The notes beneath the pieces were generated by a model. The model saw nothing but the letters and a program-made list of their open reading frames with translations. It was not told the DNA's origin and made no database searches. A stretch of 64,000 bases of DNA from the NCBI GenBank assembly GCA_030704615.1, contig CM060732.1:74896001-74960000 (forward strand), written 5' to 3'. Below are positions 38,451 through 51,743 of the stretch, piece after piece (the first letter of the stretch is position 1; the number at the start of each line of letters is the position of its first letter). Made by a program: the position numbers and the translations under genes. Source of the stretch: Takakia lepidozioides. Its lineage: Eukaryota > Plantae > Bryophyta.

Positions 38451-41400
38451 ATGGGTTTGCAGCAAGGAGTTTGGCAGCACCAACAAACCATGAATCATGA
38501 CATGGAGCGACTGGTGGCGACCATGCAAGCCGTGGAGCATGCTTGCGCTGCACTTCTGGCAGGCCCTTTTCCCCGCTCTCTTCTGCAGTCATCAGAAGCT
38601 GTCTGATTGATAGAAAGATGAAAGTTGCCTGATTCCAGAAACAGGGTTTTTTGGCATTGGGCTTCTCCCATATTCCTGCGCAAACACATATGTGTAGATA
38701 TCATTGGTGCTGATTAGGGCACTTAATACTGGTGTGCGAATGTTCTCTGTTCTTTCTTGAGATCCAGTCACAAAAGGAAGGCTTTAATGCTAGTGCACTA
38801 TTTTTATTTGTTTGCCAAGCTTTAAGGTTTCTATCTTTGTTTGTTTGTTAGGGCTTTGTATGGCAGCATTGGCATTGTGTGTGCCATGTCCTAAGGGTAA
38901 TTATTGTGGGATCATTGGAGTTGATGATTTTTTGATGACAGGTCCAGCAGCCAGAGCAGCCGCGGAGACAACACTGCTTGCCTTTCGAAAAGCACCTCAA
39001 CCAATCCAAGCATGCCAGTATATCCTAGGTATCTTTTATGTGGGTACACAGTGTGGGTACACAGTACATGTCTACTAGCTTCATGACACACTGGAGGTTG
39101 CCTCTTATTTCTTGTGTGCCGGCTAGCGGGTGTTTGTAGGTGAGACAGAAAAGGCCTTACAAGATACTACTTTTGGTTGGTTGACATCATAAGGAGCTAT
39201 CCTATAAGCAAGGGTATGCAAGTGCAAGATTGCGACTTTGTGTGGCTCATCTTGAACAAGTGTGACAAAGAGGGGCCAATTAGCAGTTGGTATTCATACA
39301 ATACTCCGTCAATTATCTGCTAATCGCATTATACACCGTGGATCCTGCCAGCTGAGAGAGAGGAAGAGGTCCTATTGGCATGCAAGCATGGGGGGAGTTA
39401 AAGCTTTTATCCTGTTGGTGGGTGCTGCTGTGAGGATCTTTGTCTATCGTACATTGCTTTGAGGTATGGACGGTTGTTTCCTGTGTAGAAAGTGGGGTGG
39501 TGAGAAATGTAGTGTTGTAATAGTCCTACTAAATGGATGCATGCGCAGAGAATTCACAAATGGCAACTGCAAGGTTCCAGGCAGCAGCCACTATGCAAGA
39601 AGCAGCAGTTCGTGAATGGTCTTTACTCAATGCAGACCAGAGGAGCAGCTTACGCACGTAAGCATTTCTCCTGTGAGCTTCAAAGTACCTTGACGGCAGA
39701 TTTACTCTCACCTCGTCACTCCAACTTCCTTGAGCTTTGCAGGAAGCAGTTATTTATCCAGATTCTTGGTCATGTCTCGCAATATGTCTACCAAGGTTAT
39801 GAGAACTTTGCTGGAGAAATTCTTTACAGTCTAGATTTTCCCATATTTGGTTTTGGCTGTCACATGAGGCAGAGGGTAAGGATAGTGGTGATAGTGGCAG
39901 TTGTATTGCACAGGTATTGTCTACACTATGTCATGGCAAGGGCGAACGCTGCAGAGGCATATGTGCAATTAAAAGTCCTTGCAGTCGCTGCAGTGCTGCT
40001 CAAAAGAAGCTGGTGAGTGCACCCTGTCTGCAGAGAAAAATGGTGGTCAGGTCTGTATATTGCTTCAGAGAATAACCAATGAGCACACTTTTTGCTGCCA
40101 AGCCCTAGCAAGGGTTCAACAGTGGGTTTGACTACTGGGGTTCTAAGGGGTCCTTCTAAAAGTTAGTTTAGTTTCTAATGAACAGGAGTGTGTTAAAATA
40201 GATATTTGCCAAGCACTGAAGTGGAACTTACGGTTGTCCTCCTCAATGCCATCAAGCTACTTGTGAAAGATGTAAGGTTACAGAGCTTCAGAAAATATTA
40301 TTGACTCGTGTGCTGGTCACAAGAATTGGCTTGAAAATGTACCGTTTGATGGGCTGATCGCAGATCATGCTGTAATAAATATTCAACCGCATGTGAGAGA
40401 TGAAAAGTATACGACAGATAAGGTTCCTATGCTGCCTATGTGGTGATGGCAGGTTGGATTCTGTTGCTACTGAGAAAGAGGCTTTTTTCAGCGAGGTATG
40501 TTTTCAGAGGCTCATTCTTCTGACTTCCCAAGTTCCAGAACTCAATCAATGTACTTCAGGATTCTTGGACGGACATAGATGAGAAACAGGGAAAACAAAT
40601 TTTCCTGAAGATAACGTGTGGTAGGAAGCTTGCTAAGGTTGTTAACTGAGAACTTTAAGGAGGTTTGGTTTGCACAAAAATGGATACTGTGAAATTGGCT
40701 TTTCATGCTGCGTCAGTGTGAGTGGTGTCTTAATTTTGAAGTCCGCAAATGGGATTCTATACCTATGCAGGTCAGGCAGGCTGTGCTGGGGGCGCATGGG
40801 CCAGCTGCCCAACGATCTGGTGTTGCACTATTGGAGGCTTTGGTGTCAGAGTTCTCACCATCCACAGCCAGTGCTATGGGCCTTCCTGCTGAGTTTCATG
40901 AACATTGTCGAGCTTCACTGGAGCTGGATTACTTGCAGGTGATGTCTAATTTTTATTGTTGCATTTTTCATGTATTAGTTAACCAAGCTGTTGTTGGAAT
41001 TATTGGAATTGTAGTGTGTTAGAACATGGTTAAGGATCTTGATTCTGAAACTTCGTGCTATTTATGATGCTACTGCTGATGGGGAACTTGATACATGGCA
41101 GCAATTTTACACTTGGGCGCAAGAGGCAGCAGTAACAGCTGCTGATAAAGCACTGAAGGGAGTGGGAAGCATTTTGGATGTCAACGTGTGTGCAGCCGCT
41201 CTGCATCTCATGTCTCAACTCTTAAACTGGGAGTTTCAGGGCACCCTGGTTCGCGGGGCAGGTGGGATTGTTGTGGTTGGTAAGAACAGAACAAATGCTT
41301 TTGCATCATCCATTGGCCGTGAGACATCTGCTGGCAAGCGACCTGGTGAACATGCTTGTCTGGTCCAGGTAATGAATGTGCTGTAACTACCCTCTCTCCT

Positions 41401-44400
41401 GAGCTGGTGGAGATGCTAATCTCGAAGAAGAGACTAGTAAGGGTGTTTTGCATGTTCATGCAATGCATTGTAGCAGTTTATGCTTTGCTACACAGTAACC
41501 TATGTTGGAGATCACCTCTTCAGCTAGCTTTTATATGTGAAACGACCTCTCCACTTGCTAATTATTTGTCATTTAATTGTGTATTCGGATGGGGAATGTG
41601 TTCAGCCAGGGCCAGGCTGGCATGATGTATTACTTGAAGCAAATCGGATTGGCTGGATCTTGGAATTGTATGCTCGTATTCGCCAAGGTGGGCTGGGTGG
41701 GACGTCTTGGATGGACTCTCCTATCGCTGTCTCTGCCCGGCAGCTCATTGTCCAACTCTGCTCCTTGAATGGCAGCATCTTTCCTTCTGGTCAGTGTGAG
41801 AAGTGAGACTCCCAGTTTGTAGTTGCCCTTTTCTCTCAGTCCAGACTAAGGATTATCTTTTCTACTTCTGGAATTTGTTGGCATGCTATCATGATGTGTT
41901 AAGCTCCCATCTGCCAGAGTTTCTTGGGAGCCACAGTCAATGTCCCCCCCCCAACTGTCTGAAATAGTCATCTGGACTGGTTATCTCCACCTGATTTGTC
42001 AGCTTCCCAACATTTTTTTTCACCTTCTTCTGTGAACCCTAGCTGGATAATCAATAAGTAGCTCACCTGAGTAGTTCTCAACTGCAGGCTCTTTTTTATT
42101 TCCGATTTGTCTGCTTTCGCAGATGGTGGCACAACTCAAGAGCTTCATCTTCAGCGCTTGCTTTCAGGCATCACCTCATGGCTGGACCCTCCCGAGGCTG
42201 TTATTGGGGCTATCAAGTCAGGCTCCACAAGTGAACGGTGGTTGTATTTTCTTGTCCCTGTAGAATGGTATATGTGTCTCTTACTAGAATGCATGGTTTT
42301 ATCTTTGGTAGAAAGAGATTGACATTTAAGTGTGTCGTATCTCGTTTTTTAGTATTTGTGTGTTTGAAATGTTTGCAGTGAGCTATTGGATGGATGCCGA
42401 GCGCTTGTAGCTGTTGCAAGCGTGAACTCACCATCAGCTTTTGATCAACTTCTTAAACCTGTATCCAGGTAAGGTAGATTGTATGCATGCAGTGTAGACA
42501 ATTGCTCTGTACTGAGTACAAAAACCGCATGCATTATCTTATATTCTGTCAACAGTTGCTTGATCAATAAAAAGTCGCCAAGGCATTTCCAGGGAGGGTC
42601 ACTCATCAGAACCTCATATGAATGAAGCCAATTATGGATTAGGGTATTTTACCAAATAGTGGAGCTGAAGAGGTTTGCATTGCACTGTTTTAAGAATTGT
42701 CATCAATGGGTGGCCTGAAATGAAGTGTACTGCATTTGGGTGTGAAGCTTTGCAAGTAAGAAGACCTTGATGGTGAATGCAGCTCATTTAGTTCAATAAG
42801 AGCAGTAGCTCTGTGAGAATATCTAGATAGGGTTGATTGTGATGATAATAAGCGGACAAACGGAAATTTGGATGGGTAGGCAGCTTGGGATATAACTTAC
42901 CACTATAAACTTGTTTAGAGGTTGTCCTCGAAGGTCTGTGATCACTGAAGATTTAGAATTGCAGTGTTTAGACTTTCACTTCCTAGATTAATCACATTGG
43001 TCCGTTACGAGTCATGGTGATGCACGTGATTACACCTGGACTACAGGAATCCAAACAGTTTTGAATTGTGGTGAGGATGCAGATCAGTAGGAACACTAAG
43101 CCTTTTGGCATCACTTACCCGTGAAGTCATCAAAGCTAGTGATTACACTCGTAGTCAGGAGGAGACATGGACTGGAGAAGCGCTTGACATTCTCTTGGAT
43201 ACTTGGACAGTGCTTTTGCAAGTAAGTTTTTCACTTCTGTCCAGACAGATCCCAAATACTTGAGGTGTACCTGCTTCTATGTCTGCTTCGTAAGCATCCA
43301 CACACGCTTTGTCAAGTTTTCCTTGGAACCCAGTTAAATTCACTCAAGTGAAGAAACACGAGGCTATCAGCAAAGATAGTGAAGGTGTTGCATCTGTATG
43401 CTGTTGTTTGATGGATCCATGTAGCTTCCCCATTGTACATAAACTGAGTTTTTGTGCTTGGTTCTGGAGTTCAGCCTGCAGATTTTAGTAAGAGAATACC
43501 CTTTTCCCCCTGTGGGATAGAGGCGGCGGCTGCAGTTTTCCATGCTTATGTGGAGACTGAAGTGAGAGGTGTGTATTTAATCCTCCAGTGATTCGCAGCA
43601 TAGAAGAAGCTTGCTCGTCTTTTATACCATGCACAGGATTTGTTGACATGATCATAGCTGGTCTGTTTCTGTGTCTGCAGCTGCTGCAGCATCTGCCAAT
43701 GAGGAAGATGACGATACTGAGCAACTTCGAGCTGTCATTGCAGGTTCAAACTTCAGCTCAATATTTGCACAAAAAGTTTGCACACTGTGCATCGTTAAGG
43801 TGTTCTCTGTTGGTTGTGACTGCATGACTGTCTCCTAACTGATGATATGAGTGTGCATGCATGATGAAGCATGCCATTGACAAAAGGAATTGGTGGATGT
43901 GTGTTTGAGTACAGCTAGAGATGAGCGACTAAGTGCCATAGCACTAGTGGCACGTGCTGCTCCATCGGCAACTGTACCACTTCTTGCCTTGCTTATTTCT
44001 GAACGCTGCTCTTGGCTACATCAGGTTTGCCAACCTTTCTTATCCTGGTTGTGCTGGGTACAAATTTGCGTTCATCTGCCTTTGAGCAACATCAATAACC
44101 AAGAGTTGAACGAAGGCATGATCATCCCTATGCTTGAGTGGACACATAAGTTTTTTGTATCCATACTGGTTGCCAGGAATTGTTAGACATGGCTGTCGTG
44201 TTGACCTGCATGATAATAGCTTCCCAATAAAGGTTGTAAACTGCTTGGAGGGTTTGCAGTGTACAGGGGGAAGGGCAAATCCTACCGCCATGTTGGAGGA
44301 GCTTCATTGGCTGTTACTTATGTCAGGGCATGTCCTTGCAGATTCTGGAGATGGTGAAACTCCCCTTGTAAGCTTGTGTTTAAATGATGCTGATCTTCTT

Positions 44401-47400
44401 TTCCTTCTTACTTGAGATGATTTATGTCATAGTTTCTGTGATGCCGTACTTGTAATTTGTAACTGGATTTGAAACATTCAAAGGTGAATTTGTGTGTTTA
44501 AGAAGGGCCCTGTTCTCCTTTTACTCGACAGGTTCCAGAGTCAATTTCGGCACTGAATGTGACCCCTGCAGATCCAGCCAACCATCCTGCTGTTGTACTT
44601 TCTCGGTGGGTCTTCGATGCCTCTCTTATCCCCCTACTTGGTATGCCTCGTGGGTACTACAGGATTGCTTTCACAGTTGGATTCGAGTTGCAGTGTTTCT
44701 CTGTTCTTTCAGGACTGTTGAGTCCTAAGGTGGGTTAGGTGGAGAAGAAGCATGCAAGCGCTCTACCTGCACATCCAAATGCAAGAGCTCTACAAAGGAG
44801 TTCGAGCACTAGTTGTTGCTTTTTATCTTCCTGCCAAGGGATCAAGATGTGTTGATCTGATCCATCAGAGACTGATGCAAGCACCTGCATTTCCTGTCTA
44901 GCACAGGCTTGCCCCTATATGTCTTATATACAATCTCGAAGCTCCATAAGTCCACTGATCTATCTGGGTTTTCTTTGTTTCTCCAGGTGTATAACACTGA
45001 GGCTATATTTGTTTCATTCTGCTTATACTCTGTAAACTTGTGGGTACAGCGCTGCCATTGACCTGGCAGGTCAAAGTCTGGATGCGAACATTCGAGCTGA
45101 AGTTTTTAGTCCTCGTCTGATGGAGGTATAGCTGTAACCTTTGGTCCTTGTGTTGCTTGGGGATATCATGAAGGGTGTCACTTTAGACGTCACAGGGTGG
45201 ATGCTCAAAGTAATCACTTGACTGTATGCTTGTAATAAGACCTCTTACACAAGTGGTTTCCCCTTCAATCCAGCTACAACATCTTCTAGTGAAATGAGGT
45301 GACACGGGTAAGTTGTCATATGTCTGCAGAACAGGTCATGGCCATTGGCTATCAAAGGGAAGAATCTTCTTAGTTGTCCTCCTAAAGATCATTTATGTTT
45401 CTGCTACTGACCATCATAAACTGAGGCAGAGAGTAGTTAGATTAGGTGTTAGCATAAAGTTGTGGGGTCTGTGCATTCGCTGTCTACTAATGAGGGTCTC
45501 AGTACTCACTGGTGGTGTCCTGTGCATCCCAGTTATCATGACTGATATGAGTACATGTTATGTTTAGGCATTCAATACAAGGATTGTCCTGAGCCCATTA
45601 GTTTGTTATGTTCGATTAATTGTGGGCAGGGTGGGGCAGGCTGTTGTATGGTTCTTTGGGAGGTGGGCGGATACATATTTGATGCCGGCTGATGCTGGGC
45701 GGGGCCCCAATTCCACACCTTCTAGCAATGAAGGTGACCAGCAGCAGATGGCTGGCTCAGCAGGCCCACAGCTTCATCCACTGGTTCAGGCTTTTGGCGA
45801 GGAGGGAGGTGGCAAGGCTCTGCTGGAGGTGCTGGTCAGAGTTGCAGTCACTTCTCTGACTTCTTGGCCTGGCGAGCGCACTCTGCAGGCAAGCCACCCA
45901 CTTTTACGTACTTGTGTGGAAGAGTTCTTCTCTTCTTGATAGCGCCGTCTACCTCCTAGTATCTATCTCAGGAGGCAGAGGATAAGCCAATGCCAATGTG
46001 CTGGATGTCTGAAAACCCTGATGTACATCTTCAGTAATGTCCTGTTGGCTCATCAATGAGCCGTGTGTTTTTTCTGAGAGTTCTTGCAAGTGTGTCCCTC
46101 TTGTTTAGAATTGAAAGTATAATTCCAACATTTGAAGCCGCAGTTGAGTTGTGGCCTGCCTTCTAACAGTCGACTTGATGGGGAGAATTGCAGGAAATAG
46201 TCAGCTTCCAGTTGCTTCCTGCATTAGTTCGAAGGCGGAATATCTGTGTTCACCTTGTCACATTGTTGAGTCTCCTGTGCCTGCAGACAGAGTAGCAGCT
46301 CCTTGACTTCTGTACCCATATCAATACATTTAGGTTTGTGCGAAACATAGCCTTGCCTTTTCTTTCCTGGGTTACTCTGGCGCTTTTGCAAGCTTTCTAA
46401 ATAGTGGGCAGTCATTTCGAACACGGATAGCATTTGTATGAAATTTTGTATGAATCTTCTAATGTATTTGGAGTCTGTATTTGGGTGCCACAGGAAGCAT
46501 GGCAGGAGCTTGCACATGCTTTCGCCTATCAAGAGCCAACTCTGTCTGCCCTAGCTTGTCCCATCCAGGTTGGCTATTCAACTTTGTTCTTCCCTCTGTG
46601 GAGCAGCCTCTTTGTACACACAAGACTTCTTTCACTGTGCGTTTCAGATGTCTAAATTATGCACCGAGGACATTACTGACCTCTATGTGTGGCTGTTGGC
46701 CAGCGAGCACTTTCAGAGTCTCTGTGCCGATCGGCAGCTGGAATGGGTACTGGAGATGCCACAAACCAGTGAGTAAAAGATCTGCCAAAACTCTGAATGA
46801 TGTTCAGTGTGGGATTAGTTATCTTTTCCCCATGCTTACATTGCTTGGGCAACCACCTCAGATGCATTGCATACCTATCTTGTGGCAGATATGTGAGGGA
46901 TCTATTGGGGCCTATCACCACTAGTATGACAGCCCTTTCGAAACGCGATGATTTGCAAGCATTTGCCCACCAACCTGATGTCATTTTGCAGGTGCTCAAA
47001 CTCCTCCATTACCTCATACACCCTGTGGGCAATCGACTATTGTGATGCATTATGTTTGTCATCTTCATAACTGGTTCATGGATCTTGAAGTGGGTGGTTA
47101 CTCAATTATGGTGATGTTCTGTATGCATGATCTGTTTCCTTCTGCTTATTGTTGTTGAGATGTGTGGGACAACACAGGTAAGGTGCTTGATTGAACGTTT
47201 AAGGGGGGCAGCAAGGGCTACACTACCACGAAGCCAGAAGGCCATTTTTGACATTGGGGCTGCTGTCATGGAGCCTCTGTTGGTCTTGCTCCAAAAATAC
47301 AAACATCAGGTCCAACCGCCACTCCTAATGACTACTGTGTTGACTGTGTTGGTGTGTTTCTGAACTCATGTGATGTATTTTAGGGCTTGATTGCCTTAGT

Positions 47401-49822
47401 TGCAATTGTGTGGTGGCTGCTCATTAATGTGTCTGTCTGTGGAGGTTGCAGTCATCAGTGGTCTATCTGGTGCTCAAGTATGTGGTGGACTGGGTGGATG
47501 GTCAAGTGGCCTTTTTGGAGGCCAAAGATACAGCCGTCCTCTTCAGCTTTTGTGTGCGGTTGCTTGAAATTTATTCTGCTCATAACATTGGCAAGGTATT
47601 CATCCTTCAAGACCCCTTTCTTTCAAGTTAGAGTGCGCTGACATTCAATCGTGTTCAATTGCAGTAATTCAAATGGGGCCCACTTAGGTTAAGCAAAGGC
47701 GGAAGCACTTGGGTTTCTCTCATGCAGCAGATTGTGCAGTGACTCGAAGGTTGTGCTGTTGTTGCAGGTATCTGTGAGCACATCCATGAACTTGCTGAGT
47801 GAAAACCAAGCCGAAAAGTACAAGGATTTGCGAGCTTTGCTTCAGCTTCTTACCAACTTGAGCTCAAAGGACTTGGTGGGTTGATGCTTTTGCCTCAATG
47901 AATGTACTAAACACATCCCACCACCATCGCACCCCAATTGGCTCGCGTTGGGTTGGTAAGGAGGATGTTTGTGAATGCAATAGTTACTTAGATAGCTATG
48001 TGACAGCCTTGTAAGTATAAGTAGATGTCTTGTGTAGCTGCCATCCACAATGTCTTCTTGAGCTTATAACGCACGAATCAGAACCTCTGGAGGCTGCATG
48101 TGGCTGTGCCTACCTTCATGTGTGCAGCGACTGATCTTTTCGTGTGGCCTTGCAGATTGATTTTGCGTGTGATGTAAATGGTGAAGTAGAAAACCCAGAT
48201 GTGGCGCAGGTGCGTGAAAAGGTTCCTTATTTCTGTTCTTGGATGAGGTGCTCAGTACTATGCTTTAGAGTGTCTTCCAGGAGCAGAGGGTGTCTTTTAC
48301 TGTATATGCAGCCACCTCAAAGCAAGGTCAAGTTCCACTCACTATGCAAAACTTGCTTATTTGTATTGCAGGTGGTATACTTAGGCTTGCATATCATCAC
48401 GCCACTTATGTCAGTCGACCTTCTCAAGTACCCAAAACTATGCCGCCAGGTTGGTCATTGCTGTTGAATGTTGTTTGGTTGGTGAAGCAGGTGTTTGTCT
48501 TGGTGCACCATCATCAAGATTCAAGGTTAGCCAGTGGGTATTAGCATGTGGGTTGAAGTTGAGTTTGCTGTACATGTGGAAGTCCTTCATTGCCACATGT
48601 GCTGAGTGGGGGAGGTTGCATGTGTGACAGTATTTCACACTCCTGGCCCACATGTTGGAAGTTTATCCGGAAAAGGTGGCAAAATTACTGCCTGATGGGT
48701 TCGCTCGGATTGTGGGAACGCTTGACTTCGGTCTGCGGCATCAGGTAATCTTGTACCCTTCTATTTTCTAACTGTTTAGTGATGCGGGTTCTGTTGGATT
48801 TGAAAATGCAATTGACATGATGTGTCACTGATGCTTGCAGGATGTGGAAGTGGTGAGTATGTCATTGACGGCACTGAATGCAGTTGCATTTTACCACTAC
48901 CAGGCCATCTGTATGGGCCAAGAGGGACTGGGTGGGCACGCAGTCAGCATTCAAGATGCTCATGGTGTGGTGAAGGAAGGCATCTTGGCTCATTTCCTTC
49001 GCTCTGTCATGCAGTTTCTGCTTTTTGACGATTACAGGTATGTGATATCAGGTATTAGAATACAGAAAATGTACATATACAGACTACAAGGTGGAGACCA
49101 GCCATATGTGAAATACACCACGGTGCTCCCTAAGCTTCAAAACCTGAGGACTCACAACCTTTTCCAGAATTCACGCGGCTTGGTCTTGCAGTCTGATTGA
49201 CTGACGTCTTATTGTGAAGTCTTGTGATGTCGTTATGGTCTGTTGTGATGTGTTTTTAGTGAATTGTGTCTGCTATGAAGGTTATTTATGTTAACATCCA
49301 ACTATTGTCACATATGGAATGTTTGGCTTGGTCATCATGGTATCTGGAGGTGGGGTTAGTGAAACCTTGGGGATATTGTATTGGGTAATGCAGCAATGAG
49401 CTGGTGGAGCCTGCAGCAGATGCTTTGCTGCCTCTAATTCTCTGCAACATAGCTCTTTATCAGGTGTGCTTCATGACTAATCACTCTCTTCCTGCAGTCT
49501 TTCTGTCTGGTCATTGTGTCAGGTGATTGGACTGGTCACTGATGCCAACCCCAGCTGATTTAGAATGCACGCAGAGATAGGTGTATGACAGCTGGTGTAC
49601 GGAGTGACCACTGAGTTATGGTGCATGCAACAGAGACTAGCACTGGAGCTTCTAGAGGGACAAGCAAGCGCGCTTTTGCAAAGCCGGTTAGCGACAGCGT
49701 TCCATGTCCTATTGAATGCTAATCAAGTGACGTCTTCACTAGATCGCGCAAACCGCCGCAAGTTTAGGGAGAACCTGTATTCATTTCTGTCTGACGTACG
49801 TGGATTTTTACGGACTAGATGA
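38451..49822 (+). CDS. XPO4: Exportin-4-like karyopherin, many small exons
   Basis: Exons encode MQAVEHAC; AAAETTLL...QACQYILENSQMATARFQAA; LEALVSEFSPSTASAMGLPAEFHEHCR; LEELHWLLLMSGHVLADSGDGETPLVP; LLKYPKLCRQYF; and C-terminal FRENLYSFLSDVRGFLRTR. These match plant exportin-4. Confidence 0.93.
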
Positions 49823-50498
49823 AAGAAGCTACTCCATTAGACTCTCTTTATTCTTTCTCTCACTAAACACTAGGCTACATGGAGGTGATATTGTTTGCGA
49901 ACTTAATCAATAAAATTGTACACTACATCAGGCAGGCCAGCAGTTGTTGGATGCGAGATTCCACCATCCATGTACGTGGATCCTACAGAATATGACCCAA
50001 TCGGTCTTGTTACCATACGTAACTTCCGCAAAGACTAGAAGGACGAGTGTGTAAGAGTGAGGTTCTCTTCCCTGACACTTTGACGTTAATTATGGAGTTG
50101 CAAATGTGGTGGCAATTAATTTTGCCCAGTGTTATTACAGTGTACAGCGCTGTGATTAGGGTTGATGTTTACAGCTCTTCCGACCCTCTGACATGTATGC
50201 TGATGTTGAGCAGATTTGGTTGTTTGGTTTCAGTTCATGTCCTGGCCCTCAAAATCTTTATCATCAGTACTTCAATCCAATCTACATCCACACTGAGATG
50301 ATATATAGCATCAGGCAAATATGATCTCACTACATCAGTTCACCGGATTTGCAGTATTATGATTTTGGTGGATAGGTCTTGTCTTGTGCCAGGGTCTTTT
50401 TTGCTTTTCTGTGTGTTGTCTAGTGGACTTTGCTAATATGCCTCTTTGTCTGCTTTTTATGGCTTTCACAAGGGAAATTTTTTCGGGAGAACACCACA

Positions 50499-50870
50499 AA
50501 TAATGTAAGAACTTAATGCACCCATGCAAACACAGACAGGTAAGTACACTGGTTTCAGGCATGTCTTCTCCACCCCCACCACATTGAAGGGAGTGTCACT
50601 CCACTGGGTGTAACTCCCATGGTCACGAAATTTGACCATCCAAATTTCACTGAATATAAAATGTACTGAGAGGAGTTACGCAAGACGCAGGGTGACACGG
50701 TGTGGGGTTACACAAATCAGAGGAGCTGGAGTGACACAAAGGGGGGGGTTTATACTACCCCCCACAAGAATCTACCCCGCACCTCACCGCCTCCACTGCC
50801 ACCACCTTACCGCCCCAAACCGCTTGAATAAGAAATACGCATAAAAAAAATCTCTTTTTTCTTATGTAAT
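50499..50870 (+). mobile_element. Short non-autonomous relative of the MULE-like element at 1-5 kb
   Basis: 22-nt exact match (AATAATGTAAGAACTTAATGCA) to the reverse complement of 4961-4982, followed by GTGTCACTCC/TGTAACTCC and inverted GGAGTTAC/GGGTTACAC motifs. Right boundary approximate. Confidence 0.55.
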
Positions 50871-50926
50871 TTGGAACCCATCCCAAGTCCACGTGGTAGC
50901 CCCAATATCCCTCAGTATCCCTTAAT

Positions 50927-51743
50927 TGTTCAGAGTCTTTTGTGTTTTGGACTCGCAGTTTGTAGAGAGGCTGTGAAGCCTCAATACGAGCCTGTAGCAT
51001 ATACTCCCTTCCTCTCAAGAAACAGGTTTTCACAACAAAAGGGCAAGCGGAAAGAGCAGGCAATGCGCGAGAGGAGGATCAAGAAGGAGGAGCTGACACA
51101 CAGGAGCTCTCATCCAAAGCTTATACACCAAAATCACATATACACTAACACTCGAGTACACCGCCCTGACCTTGTGTCAGGGCGCCGTCTTTTATACAAA
51201 AGCCCTAGATGTAATGGCCCGCCACGTGGCGAGGCGTCACAAGCCCACGGCACCGCATTGTTACCCTAGATCTGATGAAGGGCCAGGATCGAGCCACCAG
51301 CCAAAACTAACCCTAACCTAGATATAATTGTAACGGTTTAACGGCTTTATGCGCCAAAAAAATATACTATGGATATGTATCGCCGTTTTAGATGAAATGG
51401 GCCATTTCTAGGCTAAGCAAATGTGGGGCTTTACATCTGCGAAGCCTACCCCCCATGAAAAATCCTGAGCTCCGCAAAGGAAATAAATAATAAGGAAATA
51501 TCACCCTCCACTGCTAGGTGAAAAACCTACCAAGGGAAAACCTGGCACCTGCAAGTTGGGCAGAGGACAAAACCCTTGGTAGGAAAACCGTGCGGGGAGT
51601 ACAGATGGTGATATGCCATGAAACTAAAATGTTTCTAAGTCCTAAAGAGATCAAGTCCTAGGACCCCAAGAGTCACCATCCGCAAACTAAGACTAAGCCG
51701 CAGAGGATCAAACTGAAGTAGATCGGCTAAGACGATCAAGACA
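50927..51743 (-). mobile_element. 3' LTR of Ty3/Gypsy element
   Basis: TGT...ACA ends, with a purine-rich PPT (GGGGCGCACGGTGGGGTGA) immediately upstream on the minus strand. No second LTR is present to confirm the boundaries. Confidence 0.55.
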
